Shown here piece by piece: positions 1-10,203 of a DNA stretch of 33,162 nt. The stretch's first letter is position 1; the number at the start of each line of letters is the position of its first letter. Source of the DNA: Dehalococcoidales bacterium. Lineage in GTDB: Bacteria > Chloroflexota > Dehalococcoidia > Dehalococcoidales > Fen-1064. A model generated the notes under the pieces. The model ran no database searches. It was given only the letters and a program-made list of their open reading frames with translations, and was not told the origin of the DNA. The stretch covers positions 1 to 33,162 of the forward strand of contig JAFGHZ010000026.1 of NCBI GenBank assembly GCA_016929875.1, written 5' to 3'. The translations under genes and the position numbers were made by a program.

Positions 1-813
1 AACCAGGACCTGACCAAACAGCTGGAGCAATTTTATACCGACTATATGGCAAACGACTTCTCAAAATACGGCCTCAGCCCTGAATATGCTGCAGGTTTTC
101 ATGCTTTTTTAAAGTTAGGGAAATTGAACACGCCTGCCGTCAAGGGACACGTCACGGGCCCTATCAGCTGGGGACTGACGGTTACGGATGAAACCGGCAA
201 GGGCATTCTCTATGACGAGACCCTCGGCGATGTGGTGCCGAAATTTTTACGCCTGAAAGCAAGCTGGCAGGAACAGGCCTTGAGCAAGCTCAATAAGAAT
301 GTCATCATTTTCCTCGATGAGCCGTATATGACGGCCTTCGGTTCGATTGCTATGCAATTGTCCCGCGAGCAGGTCATCAGCGCACTGGAGGAGACCTTCG
401 CCGGTATCAAAGGAATCAAAGGAGTGCACTGTTGCGGCAACACCGACTGGTCGATTCTTCTCCAGACCAGCACGAATATAATCCATTACGACACCTATAA
501 TTATGCCGATTCGCTGGCAATTTATGCCCCCGAGGTCAAGAAATTCCTCGACAAGGGGAACTGCGTCGGGTGGGGGATCGTTCCCACGGATGCCGAAGCG
601 GTCAATAAAGAAACGGGCGCCAGCCTCAAGGACCGCCTCGAAGCGGCAATGGCGCCTTTCACGCGTAAAGGCATCCCGTTCAAGCGCCTAGTCGAGCAGG
701 GACTATTATTGCCTGCCTGCGGACTGGGGCCAATCGGCAGTGAGTCTGCAGCAGAGCGAGCTTTGCAGTTGCTGGCCGATTTATCTGCCGCCATAAGAGA
801 AAAGTACCTGTAA
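1..813 (+). CDS. 5'-truncated MetE-like protein (cobalamin-independent methionine synthase catalytic-domain fold)
   Basis: Frame 1 is open from nt 1, with no stop before the listed ATG at 46. Stop is TAA 811-813. By-eye motifs: IIFLDEPYM (cf. IQIDEPA), VHCCGN (His-x-Cys zinc ligands), LLPACGLG (cf. NPDCGLK zinc Cys). Confidence 0.6.
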   Translation, partial: NQDLTKQLEQFYTDYMANDFSKYGLSPEYAAGFHAFLKLGKLNTPAVKGHVTGPISWGLTVTDETGKGILYDETLGDVVPKFLRLKASWQEQALSKLNKNVIIFLDEPYMTAFGSIAMQLSREQVISALEETFAGIKGIKGVHCCGNTDWSILLQTSTNIIHYDTYNYADSLAIYAPEVKKFLDKGNCVGWGIVPTDAEAVNKETGASLKDRLEAAMAPFTRKGIPFKRLVEQGLLLPACGLGPIGSESAAERALQLLADLSAAIREKYL

Positions 814-852
814 AGAAATTACTGAACACTGAATTTCAAATACCAAACTCCA

Positions 853-912
853 GGAATTTTGGTTATTGAAAACGAATATTGTTTGGAATTTGAAAGTTGT
901 AACTTGGAATTT
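853..912. repeat. Three direct copies of GGAATTT in an AT-rich spacer, function unknown
   Basis: GGAATTT occurs at 853-859, 885-891 and 906-912. The last two copies are both TTGGAATTT and lie 21 nt apart. They sit upstream of the small ORF at 939. Confidence 0.4.
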
Positions 913-938
913 TCCCGAAAGTAAGGTAAATTAATAGA

Positions 939-1037
939 ATGAACAAGGGTAAGAAAATGGCTCTTCGCGAGCACCGCCACAAACAGAAAAAGGCCGAGGA
1001 CAAGCGGAAAGCCGAAAAAAAACAGACTAAAAAATAA
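939..1037 (+). CDS. Hypothetical 32-aa highly basic peptide (MNKGKKMALREHRHKQKKAEDKRKAEKKQTKK)
   Basis: Hand-translated ORF below the 60-aa track cutoff. An alternative ATG at 957 is preceded by AAGGG. A 9-bp hairpin follows at 1072-1093. The listed antisense ORF 819-1040 looks spurious. No family recognised. Confidence 0.25.
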   Translation: MNKGKKMALREHRHKQKKAEDKRKAEKKQTKK

Positions 1038-1071
1038 CACCTCCCGTGTTTTTTAGAAAAACCAACCTGCA

Positions 1072-1093
1072 GATGCTGACATTGGTCAGCATC
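1072..1093 (+). terminator. Possible hairpin terminator after the small ORF
   Basis: GATGCTGAC-attg-GTCAGCATC forms a 9-bp perfect stem. It is followed by moderately T-rich GATTCTGTATTA, not a clean U-tract. Confidence 0.3.
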
Positions 1094-1151
1094 GATTCTG
1101 TATTATCCGGGAAATATCATACCCTGAATTTTGTGCGCAGGAAGGAGATAG

Positions 1152-2156
1152 ATGACACAACTGTCAGATATTGTGAAGACGCTATCCAACCCGAAAGTTT
1201 ATCCTGAGCCAACCAGTCGGGTGGAGATAGTACAGACTCAGATGTCGTTCATCTTCCTGACGGACAACTTCGTTTACAAAATCAAAAAGGCCGTCGACCT
1301 GGGATATCTCAATTACACAACGCTGGAAAACCGCAAGCATTTTTGTGAGCAGGAATTAAACCTGAACCGCCGCCTCTGCGGGAACGCCTATCTCGGTGTA
1401 ATCCCGATTACTCTGGAAAAAGGCAAGGTTATCATCGACGGAAAAGGAAAACCAATCGAATATGCCGTTAAAATGCGGCGTCTTCCCCGCGAACGTATGA
1501 TGGATGTCCTGCTATCAAAAAACAAGGTCACTCCCGAAATGATTACACAGGTAGCAGGAAAAATCGCCGGATTTCATAGCCAGGCAGAGACCAACCCGGT
1601 CATCGGAAAATTCGGCACTATCGAGACCATCACCATCAACACCGAGGAGAATTTTAGCCAGACAGAAGGCTATATCTGCCGAACAATTTCTCTAGCGCAA
1701 TACCAGCGCATCAGCAAATACACCCGGGATTTTATCAGAAGCAAGGCGGCACTACTACGTAAACGTGTCGCCGACGGCAAAATCAGGGATTGTCATGGTG
1801 ACCTTCATTCTCAACACATTTGTTTTACCAATGGCATCTGCATTTACGACTGCATCGAGTTTAACGACCGCTTCCGCTACACCGATGTAGCGGCGGAAGT
1901 TTCTTTCCTGGCAATGGACTTAGACCGCTGGGGCCATCACGAGTTATCCAGACAATTTGTCTCTGCCTATGTCGACAAGAGCGGTGATAAAGAATTACCC
2001 GAATTACTCAATTTTTACAAGTGCTATTTCGCCTATGTAAGAGGTAAGGTAAACTGTTTCAAACTGGATGACTCCCTCGTTTCTGCGGAGGATAAGGAAA
2101 AGGCCATGAATGAAGCCAGACAGTATTTCGCACTGGCGGAAGGATATATAGAGTAA
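1152..2156 (+). CDS. Aminoglycoside-phosphotransferase-like (APH/protein-kinase-like fold) protein
   Basis: AGGAGA Shine-Dalgarno (SD) before ATG 1152. Kinase-like catalytic loop DCHGDLHSQHI and a downstream IEFNDR metal-binding-like motif. Resembles the N-terminal half of fused APH + AAA proteins (COG2187 type). Confidence 0.7.
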   Translation: MTQLSDIVKTLSNPKVYPEPTSRVEIVQTQMSFIFLTDNFVYKIKKAVDLGYLNYTTLENRKHFCEQELNLNRRLCGNAYLGVIPITLEKGKVIIDGKGKPIEYAVKMRRLPRERMMDVLLSKNKVTPEMITQVAGKIAGFHSQAETNPVIGKFGTIETITINTEENFSQTEGYICRTISLAQYQRISKYTRDFIRSKAALLRKRVADGKIRDCHGDLHSQHICFTNGICIYDCIEFNDRFRYTDVAAEVSFLAMDLDRWGHHELSRQFVSAYVDKSGDKELPELLNFYKCYFAYVRGKVNCFKLDDSLVSAEDKEKAMNEARQYFALAEGYIE

Positions 2157-2180
2157 TGGTATTAAGTGATGGAGTGTAAA

Positions 2181-2786
2181 ATGAATAAACCGTTTCTGAA
2201 ATTCGTGAAAGAAGAGATGGGCGATAACTTTCTGATGATTACCACCGGTTTACCGGCCACCTGGAAAACCGAGACCAGCGAGGAGGTCGTGAAAATCAAA
2301 GGGACCCCGATGCTGAGGTCGGACATTATCAGACTGGAAGTATTGAAGGGGAAAGATATCTTCGATGAAAAGGTCGCTTCCAATATGAACAACCGCCTTT
2401 CCGTCTACGACGAAGTCTTCCGCCGAGCTGATGAAACGCTGAAAAAGAGCGGCAGTGCCATTCTCGACGCCACCTTCATCACACAGGAACTCAGAAAACG
2501 CGCCGCCGAAATTGCCGACAAGAATAATAAAACTTTGATTATCCTCCAGACCGATTGCCCCCAGGAAGTTTCCGTTCAGCGGATTTTGAAACGCACCAAA
2601 GAGAAATATGAATCTAACGCCCTGACCGAACAGGCATACCTCAATAACAAAACCAAATTTGAGAAAGTCGATCTCGACGATATCAAGAAGTCATTTCCGA
2701 ACCTGAAAATCATGCACCTCATCGTCGATACTACCAAAGGAATAGCGGAGAGCCTGGGTCTCAAAGCTATCGACAAGAGAGCATAA
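2181..2786 (+). CDS. AAA_33-type P-loop kinase-like protein with atypical Walker A
   Basis: GGAG at 2171-2174 precedes ATG 2181; the track start 2166 is less likely. Walker A region reads GLPATWKT (2247-2270), followed by RSD and ILDATF motifs typical of the AAA_33/predicted-kinase family. Confidence 0.7.
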   Translation: MNKPFLKFVKEEMGDNFLMITTGLPATWKTETSEEVVKIKGTPMLRSDIIRLEVLKGKDIFDEKVASNMNNRLSVYDEVFRRADETLKKSGSAILDATFITQELRKRAAEIADKNNKTLIILQTDCPQEVSVQRILKRTKEKYESNALTEQAYLNNKTKFEKVDLDDIKKSFPNLKIMHLIVDTTKGIAESLGLKAIDKRA

Positions 2787-3664
2787 TGAAAATCGACCTG
2801 CACATCCACACCAGCACGGGCTCGGACGGCGCGCTGCCCGTAGAGGATGTCGTAAAAGAAGCCAGGCGTCGGAATATCGGCTTGATGTCGATAACCGACC
2901 ACGACTCTCTGGAGGCGCAGAGTCAGGCTGTTGTTCTAACAGCAGAGTACGGTATCTCGTTCGTAAGCGGCATAGAATTGAATGTTACTTTTCAACCGCC
3001 TGCCGGTAAGTCCGTTTCGCTGGATTTTCTCGGCTACGGCTTCGACATCAACAACAAAAACCTGAGGGAAAAACTCGGCCTGTTGAGAGAGCACCGTGAG
3101 AAAAGGGCGAATGAAATCCTGAAAAACATCAATGCCGAATTTGCCAGAGAAGGTATCGCACAATTCACAGGGAAAGACATGCAGAATATCAAAAATAGCG
3201 TCGACGGCGCTTTCGGGAGGCCTCACATCGCCGCTTATATGGTGAAAAAAGGCATCGTCGGTGACACACAGGAGGCATTCGACAGATACCTCGTAAAATG
3301 TGATGTCCCTAAATATCCCCTGTCTCTCACCGAGGCATCGAAACTTATCCACGATGCCGGTGGTATCCTGGTACTTGCTCACGGAAACGACTCCCACGGA
3401 ACGTCGCTGGCAACCATTACAAAGGACATCGAAAAACAGACTCAAATCATTCAGGAAAATATGTTAGAATATATCGACGGTCTGGAATGCTGGCATACCA
3501 GGCACGATGATAAAACGGTTTCGCATTATCTCGAATTTGTCCGCAGGCACGGACTCATTGCTACAGGGGGGAGCGACTGCCATCAGAAACCGATTATTAT
3601 GGGCACGGTCAATGTGCCTGATACCGTAGCCGAACAAATTAAAAAGAAAGTAAGACGAAAATAA
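2786..3664 (+). CDS. PHP-family metal-dependent phosphoesterase (TrpH/YciV-like)
   Basis: N-terminus is MKIDLHIHTSTGSDG...ITDHDS, with a C-terminal GGSDCH motif. The ATG overlaps the upstream TAA by 1 nt (TAATG), implying translational coupling. Confidence 0.85.
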   Translation: MKIDLHIHTSTGSDGALPVEDVVKEARRRNIGLMSITDHDSLEAQSQAVVLTAEYGISFVSGIELNVTFQPPAGKSVSLDFLGYGFDINNKNLREKLGLLREHREKRANEILKNINAEFAREGIAQFTGKDMQNIKNSVDGAFGRPHIAAYMVKKGIVGDTQEAFDRYLVKCDVPKYPLSLTEASKLIHDAGGILVLAHGNDSHGTSLATITKDIEKQTQIIQENMLEYIDGLECWHTRHDDKTVSHYLEFVRRHGLIATGGSDCHQKPIIMGTVNVPDTVAEQIKKKVRRK

Positions 3665-3671
3665 ATACTGA

Positions 3672-4952
<1,281 letters not shown>

Positions 4953-4965
4953 AGAGGAGAAATCA

Positions 4966-6177
4966 ATGGCAAATTGTTTCACGGAATCATCCAAATACCT
5001 GCTTACCTCGGAATCGGTAACGGAAGGACATCCCGATAAGGTCTGTGACCAGATATCCGACGCTATCCTTGATGAAATAATGAGACAGGATCCCATGGGC
5101 AGAGTTGCCTGTGAGACTGCCGTCACTACCGGACAGGTAATCGTACTCGGTGAAATTACTACTAAATGCTATGTTGATGTTCCGAAAATCGTCCGGAAAG
5201 TTGTCAGGGACATCGGCTATACCGACCCGCGTTATAATTTCGACTACCAATCATGCGGTATTCTGGTCGGGATTAAAGAACAATCGAAAGACATCGACCT
5301 GGGTGTCAGCAAGTCGCTGGAAGCCAAGGGAAAAAAGAAGGTTGATGAGTTTGATAAAGAAGGTGCCGGAGACCAAGGTATGATGTTCGGTTTTGCCTGT
5401 AATGAGACTGAAGAATTGATGCCATTGCCTATTTTGCTAGCGCAAAAATTGTGTTTCCGGCTGGCGGAAGTCCGTAAACAGAAGATTATCCCGTATCTCA
5501 GGCCGGACGGCAAATCACAGGTAACCGTCGAATATTGCAAGGGCAAACCGAAGCGTGTCACCAGCGTGGTCATTGCCACACAGCATGATGACGAACCTAC
5601 TAACGAGCAAATCAGGAAAGATGTCATCGAAAAAGTCATCGAAAAAGTCATTCCTGCCGGATTACTGGACAAAGATACGGAATTCTATGTTAACGGCACC
5701 GGACGGTTTGTCATCGGCGGCCCCGCTTCGGATACCGGCGTCACCGGCAGGAAAATTCTGGTGGACACCTATGGCGGTATAGCACATCATGGGGGCGGCG
5801 CTTTCTCCGGTAAGGACCCCACTAAAGTCGACCGCAGTGCCGCTTATATGGGACGCTATATTGCCAAGAACATGGTAGCCGCTGGAATAGCCGACAGACT
5901 GGAGATACAGGTCTCCTACGTCATCGGCAAGGCAAAACCGCTCTCCGTTTCCGTAGAAACCTTCGATACCGGTAAAGTCAGCAATGCAACCATTTTGAAA
6001 TTGATTGATAAGCACTTTGACCTCAGACCGGCGGCAATTATCCAGTGCTTCGACCTGCGCCGACCGATTTATCGTCAAACCGCTGCTTACGGACATTTCG
6101 GTCGGACCGACATCGACCTCCCCTGGGAGAAAACGGACAAAGCCAGAATCCTGAAAAAAGAGGCTTTCGGAAAGTAA
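4966..6177 (+). CDS. metK: S-adenosylmethionine synthetase
   Basis: [34 protein letters not shown] and [16 protein letters not shown] signatures. GGAGA SD is present, 13 nt after the ahcY stop. Confidence 0.97.
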   Translation: MANCFTESSKYLLTSESVTEGHPDKVCDQISDAILDEIMRQDPMGRVACETAVTTGQVIVLGEITTKCYVDVPKIVRKVVRDIGYTDPRYNFDYQSCGILVGIKEQSKDIDLGVSKSLEAKGKKKVDEFDKEGAGDQGMMFGFACNETEELMPLPILLAQKLCFRLAEVRKQKIIPYLRPDGKSQVTVEYCKGKPKRVTSVVIATQHDDEPTNEQIRKDVIEKVIEKVIPAGLLDKDTEFYVNGTGRFVIGGPASDTGVTGRKILVDTYGGIAHHGGGAFSGKDPTKVDRSAAYMGRYIAKNMVAAGIADRLEIQVSYVIGKAKPLSVSVETFDTGKVSNATILKLIDKHFDLRPAAIIQCFDLRRPIYRQTAAYGHFGRTDIDLPWEKTDKARILKKEAFGK

Positions 6178-6239
6178 TTACCAATGTCATTCTTCACTAC
6201 GCTCAGGGTGATAGTTCCTGACAGGAGAATAGACGACCA

Positions 6240-7667
6240 GTGAAAACTAACCCTATCAAATTCGGGACCGACGGATGGAGGGGAGTCATTGCAGAGGACT
6301 TCACCTTCGACAACGTACGTTTCTGCGCCCAGGGTGTTGCCGACTACCTGAAACAGAAAGGATTAGCCGACCGCGGAGTACAAATCGGCTACGACCACCG
6401 GTTTGCTTCCGAAGATTTCGCCGTTGCCGCCGCAGAAGTCATCGCTGGCAACGGCATCAAAGTCGCCCTCTCATCGAAGGCAATACCCACGCCATTGATC
6501 TCCTTCGGTGTTATAACTAAAAAGGCAGGGGGCGGAATCGTCATCACCGCCAGTCACAATCCGGCAAAGTGGAACGGTTTCAAATTCCGTGAGGAAAACG
6601 GCACCAGTGTTTCTTCGGAAACTGCAGTGGAAATCGAAAAGTATATCGACCGTGCCCTCCGTACAAAAACAGTGAAAGCCGTACCTCTTCCCCATGCCGT
6701 CGAACAAAAGCTGGTGGAATATCTCGACCTGGCCCCCGAGTATCTGAACAGTGTCAGCAAACTCATTGAACTCGATAAAATACGCCACGCCGGACTGAAG
6801 ATAATAGTCGATTCCATGTACGGAGTAGGGTCCGGTTATTTCAAAACGCTCCTCAACGGCGGTACCAGCCAGATAACGGAAATCAACAGCGAACGTAATC
6901 CCGCTTTCCCGGGCATCAATCCCGAACCTATCGCCGTCAACCTGAAAAGTCTCGCCTCACTGGTCGTAGAACAAAAGGCAAATGTAGGGCTGGCGACCGA
7001 CGGCGATGCCGACCGCATCGGTATTATCGACGAAAAGGGGCGCTTTCTTACCCAGTTGCAGGTCTTCGCGATACTGGCCCTGTACCTCCTCGAAGTCCGC
7101 GGCGAACGCGGGGCACTCGTTAAGACACTCACCAGCACCAGTATGATAGACCGCCTCGGTGAAATTTACAGAGTGCCTGTCTTTGAAACCCCGGTCGGGT
7201 TCAAATATGTCGCTCCCGTCATGCTCGACCGTGATGCCCTCATCGGCGGAGAAGAAAGCGGCGGTTACGGATTCCGCGGGCACATCCCCGAGAGAGATTC
7301 CATACCCGCCGGGCTTTATTTGCTCGACTTCATGGTCAGAACCGGCAAAACACCTTCCCAGTTACTGGATTACCTCTACAGCAAAGCCGGAGAGCATTAT
7401 TACGACCGCATCGACCTGCATTTCCCCCACGAAAAGAGACCGGATATTATTGCTCGTATTCGCGACAACTCGCCCCGGAACATCGAAGGCGTGAAAGTCG
7501 TAAAAATAGACACGCGCGACGGCTTCAAATTTATTCTGGCAGACAACTCATGGTTGCTCATCAGGTTTTCCGGTACCGAGCCGATAATGCGCATTTACAC
7601 GGAGACCAATACACAGGAACGAGTGCAGAGGTTGTTACGGTTCGGGAGGGACTTGGCCGGGGTCTAA
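6240..7667 (+). CDS. Phosphoglucomutase/phosphomannomutase family protein
   Basis: GTG start. Active-site TASHNP, metal loop DGDADR and sugar loop GGEESGG. Confidence 0.9.
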   Translation: MKTNPIKFGTDGWRGVIAEDFTFDNVRFCAQGVADYLKQKGLADRGVQIGYDHRFASEDFAVAAAEVIAGNGIKVALSSKAIPTPLISFGVITKKAGGGIVITASHNPAKWNGFKFREENGTSVSSETAVEIEKYIDRALRTKTVKAVPLPHAVEQKLVEYLDLAPEYLNSVSKLIELDKIRHAGLKIIVDSMYGVGSGYFKTLLNGGTSQITEINSERNPAFPGINPEPIAVNLKSLASLVVEQKANVGLATDGDADRIGIIDEKGRFLTQLQVFAILALYLLEVRGERGALVKTLTSTSMIDRLGEIYRVPVFETPVGFKYVAPVMLDRDALIGGEESGGYGFRGHIPERDSIPAGLYLLDFMVRTGKTPSQLLDYLYSKAGEHYYDRIDLHFPHEKRPDIIARIRDNSPRNIEGVKVVKIDTRDGFKFILADNSWLLIRFSGTEPIMRIYTETNTQERVQRLLRFGRDLAGV

Positions 7668-7690
7668 GTGCACACACTCATCTACTCTCT

Positions 7691-7727
7691 CCATTGCGAC
7701 CCCCGATTTCATCGAGACTTGCAATGG
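7691..7727. repeat. REP-like hairpin element, copy A
   Basis: CCATTGCgaCCCCCGATttcATCGagacttGCAATGG. The outer 7-bp arms CCATTGC/GCAATGG enclose an inner CGAT/ATCG stem. It lies 24 nt after the phosphohexomutase stop. Confidence 0.6.
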
Positions 7728-7776
7728 TAAATTGGATAATGAATTTACCTGCGATAGACTAAAACAAGTAAAAACT

Positions 7777-8499
7777 TTAGCCGTTCAGCAAAGCCTTAAT
7801 TTCCCGTACGGTCAATTGTCTGGTCGCGCCTTCCTCGAGGTTACCGAGCATCAGGTTCCCCATCCTGACACGTTTCAACGCTACGACGCGATATCCCAGA
7901 TTGGCAAACATCCGGCGGACTTGCCGTTTTTTGCCTTCGTGTATGGTAATGCTGTAATTATAAGGCGATGAATTACGTAATTCTTTCACCAGTGCAGGGG
8001 CAGTTATCCCGTCTTCCAGTTTCACGCCGCGTTCCAGCCTTTGCTTCTCCTGGGACGTGAGAGCGCCCTCTATCTGCACCAGATATTCTTTTTCGTGCTC
8101 GAATTTCGGGTGAGTCAGTTGATAAGTCAATGAGCCGTCGTTAGTCAAAATCAACAAGCCGGTGCTATCCATATCGAGTCGCCCTACCGGATAGAGCCTC
8201 AGACGACGGTATTTTTCAGGCAGAATACCCAGAACAGTGTTCCTCCCCCTCTCATCGCTGGTAGTACAGAGCAGTCCTCCCGGCTTATTCAACATCAGAT
8301 AGACAACCTGCTCCGCCTCTAATTTGAGGGGTCTCCCGTCCAGTGAGATACGGTCGGTATGTAAGTTTGCGGGCTGTCGGAAATTTTCGGCAACGGCCCC
8401 GTTAACACTGACCCTGCCGTTTTTGATGGCATCCGCCATTTTCCGTCGACTACCCAGACCGGCTTCGGTAAGAGCTTTGAGTAAAGTATTGCCCGGCAT
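7777..8499 (-). CDS. Pseudouridine synthase, RsuA/RluB family (S4 domain + catalytic domain)
   Basis: N-terminal S4-like segment (SRRKMADAIKNGRVSVNG) and catalytic GRLDMDSTGLLILTNDG motif. Confidence 0.85.
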   Translation of the reverse strand: MPGNTLLKALTEAGLGSRRKMADAIKNGRVSVNGAVAENFRQPANLHTDRISLDGRPLKLEAEQVVYLMLNKPGGLLCTTSDERGRNTVLGILPEKYRRLRLYPVGRLDMDSTGLLILTNDGSLTYQLTHPKFEHEKEYLVQIEGALTSQEKQRLERGVKLEDGITAPALVKELRNSSPYNYSITIHEGKKRQVRRMFANLGYRVVALKRVRMGNLMLGNLEEGATRQLTVREIKALLNG

Positions 8500-8612
8500 G
8501 TCTTCAGTATAGAGGTTTTAAATCACAAAGACCAGTCAGGAGAGCGTTGCCCGGGTTCACCGCATTGACAGCGGTTACGATACGGCGGTAACATTGAACC
8601 CAAGGGGAAGAT

Positions 8613-8975
8613 ATGGAAGAAAAACTGCCGCGTAAAACAGAAAAACCCTGGGGATACGAACTGTTATTTGCTCTGACACCACAGTACGCCGGCAAAATAA
8701 TTTTCGTGAAAAAGGGCTCGCGCCTCAGTCTGCAATATCACAATGAGAAGGACGAAAGTATGTACCTGCTCCACGGGAAAACGCTTTTTACCATACAGCC
8801 CCGGAGCGGCAAACCGACGGAAATAGTGGCCGAGCCCGGTTTCAGTATTCATCTCCCGCCGATGACAGTTCACCGCATCAAAGCACTGGAAGATACCACG
8901 ATTATCGAGGTTTCCACATCGCAACTCAGCGACGTGGTCAGACTGCAAGACGACTACGGACGCACCGGCAACTAA
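8613..8975 (+). CDS. Cupin-domain protein (mannose-6-phosphate isomerase type II C-terminal-like)
   Basis: PWGYELLFA...SLQYHNEKDE...HRIKALED pattern. GGGGAAG SD is present. Confidence 0.7.
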   Translation: MEEKLPRKTEKPWGYELLFALTPQYAGKIIFVKKGSRLSLQYHNEKDESMYLLHGKTLFTIQPRSGKPTEIVAEPGFSIHLPPMTVHRIKALEDTTIIEVSTSQLSDVVRLQDDYGRTGN

Positions 8976-8984
8976 CGCGACTGC

Positions 8985-9440
8985 CTATTTCAACTCAGAG
9001 GTGCAATTAGGGCATCTTGTGGCGTTGATATTTATTTTCGAAAAACAATAAGGGCAGTCTTTGGTCGTCGGCGCAGGGGGAGCTCCTACCTTCTTCGGGG
9101 CTTGCATCCTGGCTATCGGGCGGACGATAAAGAAAAAGACGACAAGGGCAACTATCAAGAAGGTGATTATCGTATTAATGAAAAAACCGTAGTTGATTGT
9201 TACGGCTCCGGCCGCTTGCGCCGCCGCCAGCGAATCGTAAGGGCCCACAGGTGAACCTTGTTTCAGAACGACTAGGAGATTCGCGAAATCTATTTTACCC
9301 AGGGCCAGGCCTATCGGAGGCATAATGATATCTTTCACCAATGAAGAGATAATCGTCCCGAAGGCAGCACCGACGATAATACCCACCGCCATGTCCACCA
9401 CATTCCCCCTCATTATGAACGCTTTAAAGTCTTTAAGCAT
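8985..9440 (-). CDS. mscL: Large-conductance mechanosensitive channel with C-terminal CxxC...CxxC tail
   Basis: MLKDFKAFIMRGNVVDMAVGIIVGAAFG...SLVKDIIMPPIG signature and two TM segments. The tail is CPYCFSKININATRCPNCTSEL. Confidence 0.9.
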   Translation of the reverse strand: MLKDFKAFIMRGNVVDMAVGIIVGAAFGTIISSLVKDIIMPPIGLALGKIDFANLLVVLKQGSPVGPYDSLAAAQAAGAVTINYGFFINTIITFLIVALVVFFFIVRPIARMQAPKKVGAPPAPTTKDCPYCFSKININATRCPNCTSELK

Positions 9441-9479
9441 ACTTCCACACTCCGTTTCCTCCTGCTTCCCGGCAGGATT

Positions 9480-10184
9480 TTATCCCGACTTCTCCGGTGC
9501 GGCAAGTGAATAGCCGATACCGGCAGTAGTCAAAATTATCTTGGGGTCACTGGGGTCTGTTTCTACCTTTTCACGCAGACGACGGACATAAACTTTCAGG
9601 CTATCGGCAGCATCGGGATAGTCATTCCCCCACACTGCCTCCGCCAGGCTGGAATAAGTTACCACATGCCCGCAATTACGCATCAAATGCTGGAGAATTC
9701 TTCTTTCGGTATTGGTCAGTCTGACCTCTTTGCCGCTATAAATAAGTTTACCGGTACTGGTATCGAGGGATAGGAGCCCACAGCTTAGAGTCCCTTCCCC
9801 TTGTTCTTGGAAAGTCGAGTACCGCCTGAGCAATGCTTGCACGCGGGATAACAATTCCAATTTGCGGAAAGGTTTAATCATGTAGTCATCAGCCCCGTAT
9901 TCCAGGGCTTTGACAACATCGTCCTCATCAGACCTGACTGTCAGGACCAGCACCGGCACTACAGAAAACAAACGAACGCGTTTCAGGACTTCGTAGCCGC
10001 TGATGTCAGGGAGCCCGAGATCAAGGATGACAAGGTCGGGCTTCTCGCTTTCCACCATCTCCACTCCTCTCTCGCCGAGGTGCGTGGTGACTACCCTCAC
10101 ATCGGGCCATCGAATCTGTACCGTGACACCGATGGCGGTAGAGATTTCCGGGTTATCCTCAACAATTAGTACTTTCATAATCAC
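9480..10184 (-). CDS. OmpR/PhoB-family response regulator
   Basis: Receiver domain (VLIVEDN, DLVILDLGLPDISG, KP) plus a winged-helix C-terminus. GTG at 10184; ATG at 10178 is an alternative start. Confidence 0.9.
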   Translation of the reverse strand: MIMKVLIVEDNPEISTAIGVTVQIRWPDVRVVTTHLGERGVEMVESEKPDLVILDLGLPDISGYEVLKRVRLFSVVPVLVLTVRSDEDDVVKALEYGADDYMIKPFRKLELLSRVQALLRRYSTFQEQGEGTLSCGLLSLDTSTGKLIYSGKEVRLTNTERRILQHLMRNCGHVVTYSSLAEAVWGNDYPDAADSLKVYVRRLREKVETDPSDPKIILTTAGIGYSLAAPEKSG

Positions 10185-10203
10185 CCTTCTTTATAAGATA
10201 TTT

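Noticed and set aside
883-900. A sigma54-type promoter (TGGAAT...TTGT)
   Set aside because: The GG/GC dinucleotide spacing and the -12 element (TTGT instead of TTGC, offset by 1 nt) do not fit the TGGCAC-N5-TTGC consensus.
6186-6213. A hairpin after metK (GTCATTCTTCA...TCAGGGTGAT)
   Set aside because: It pairs only with several G-U wobbles and a mismatch, and has no U-tract. It may be a degenerate copy of another repeat family, but the evidence is too weak.
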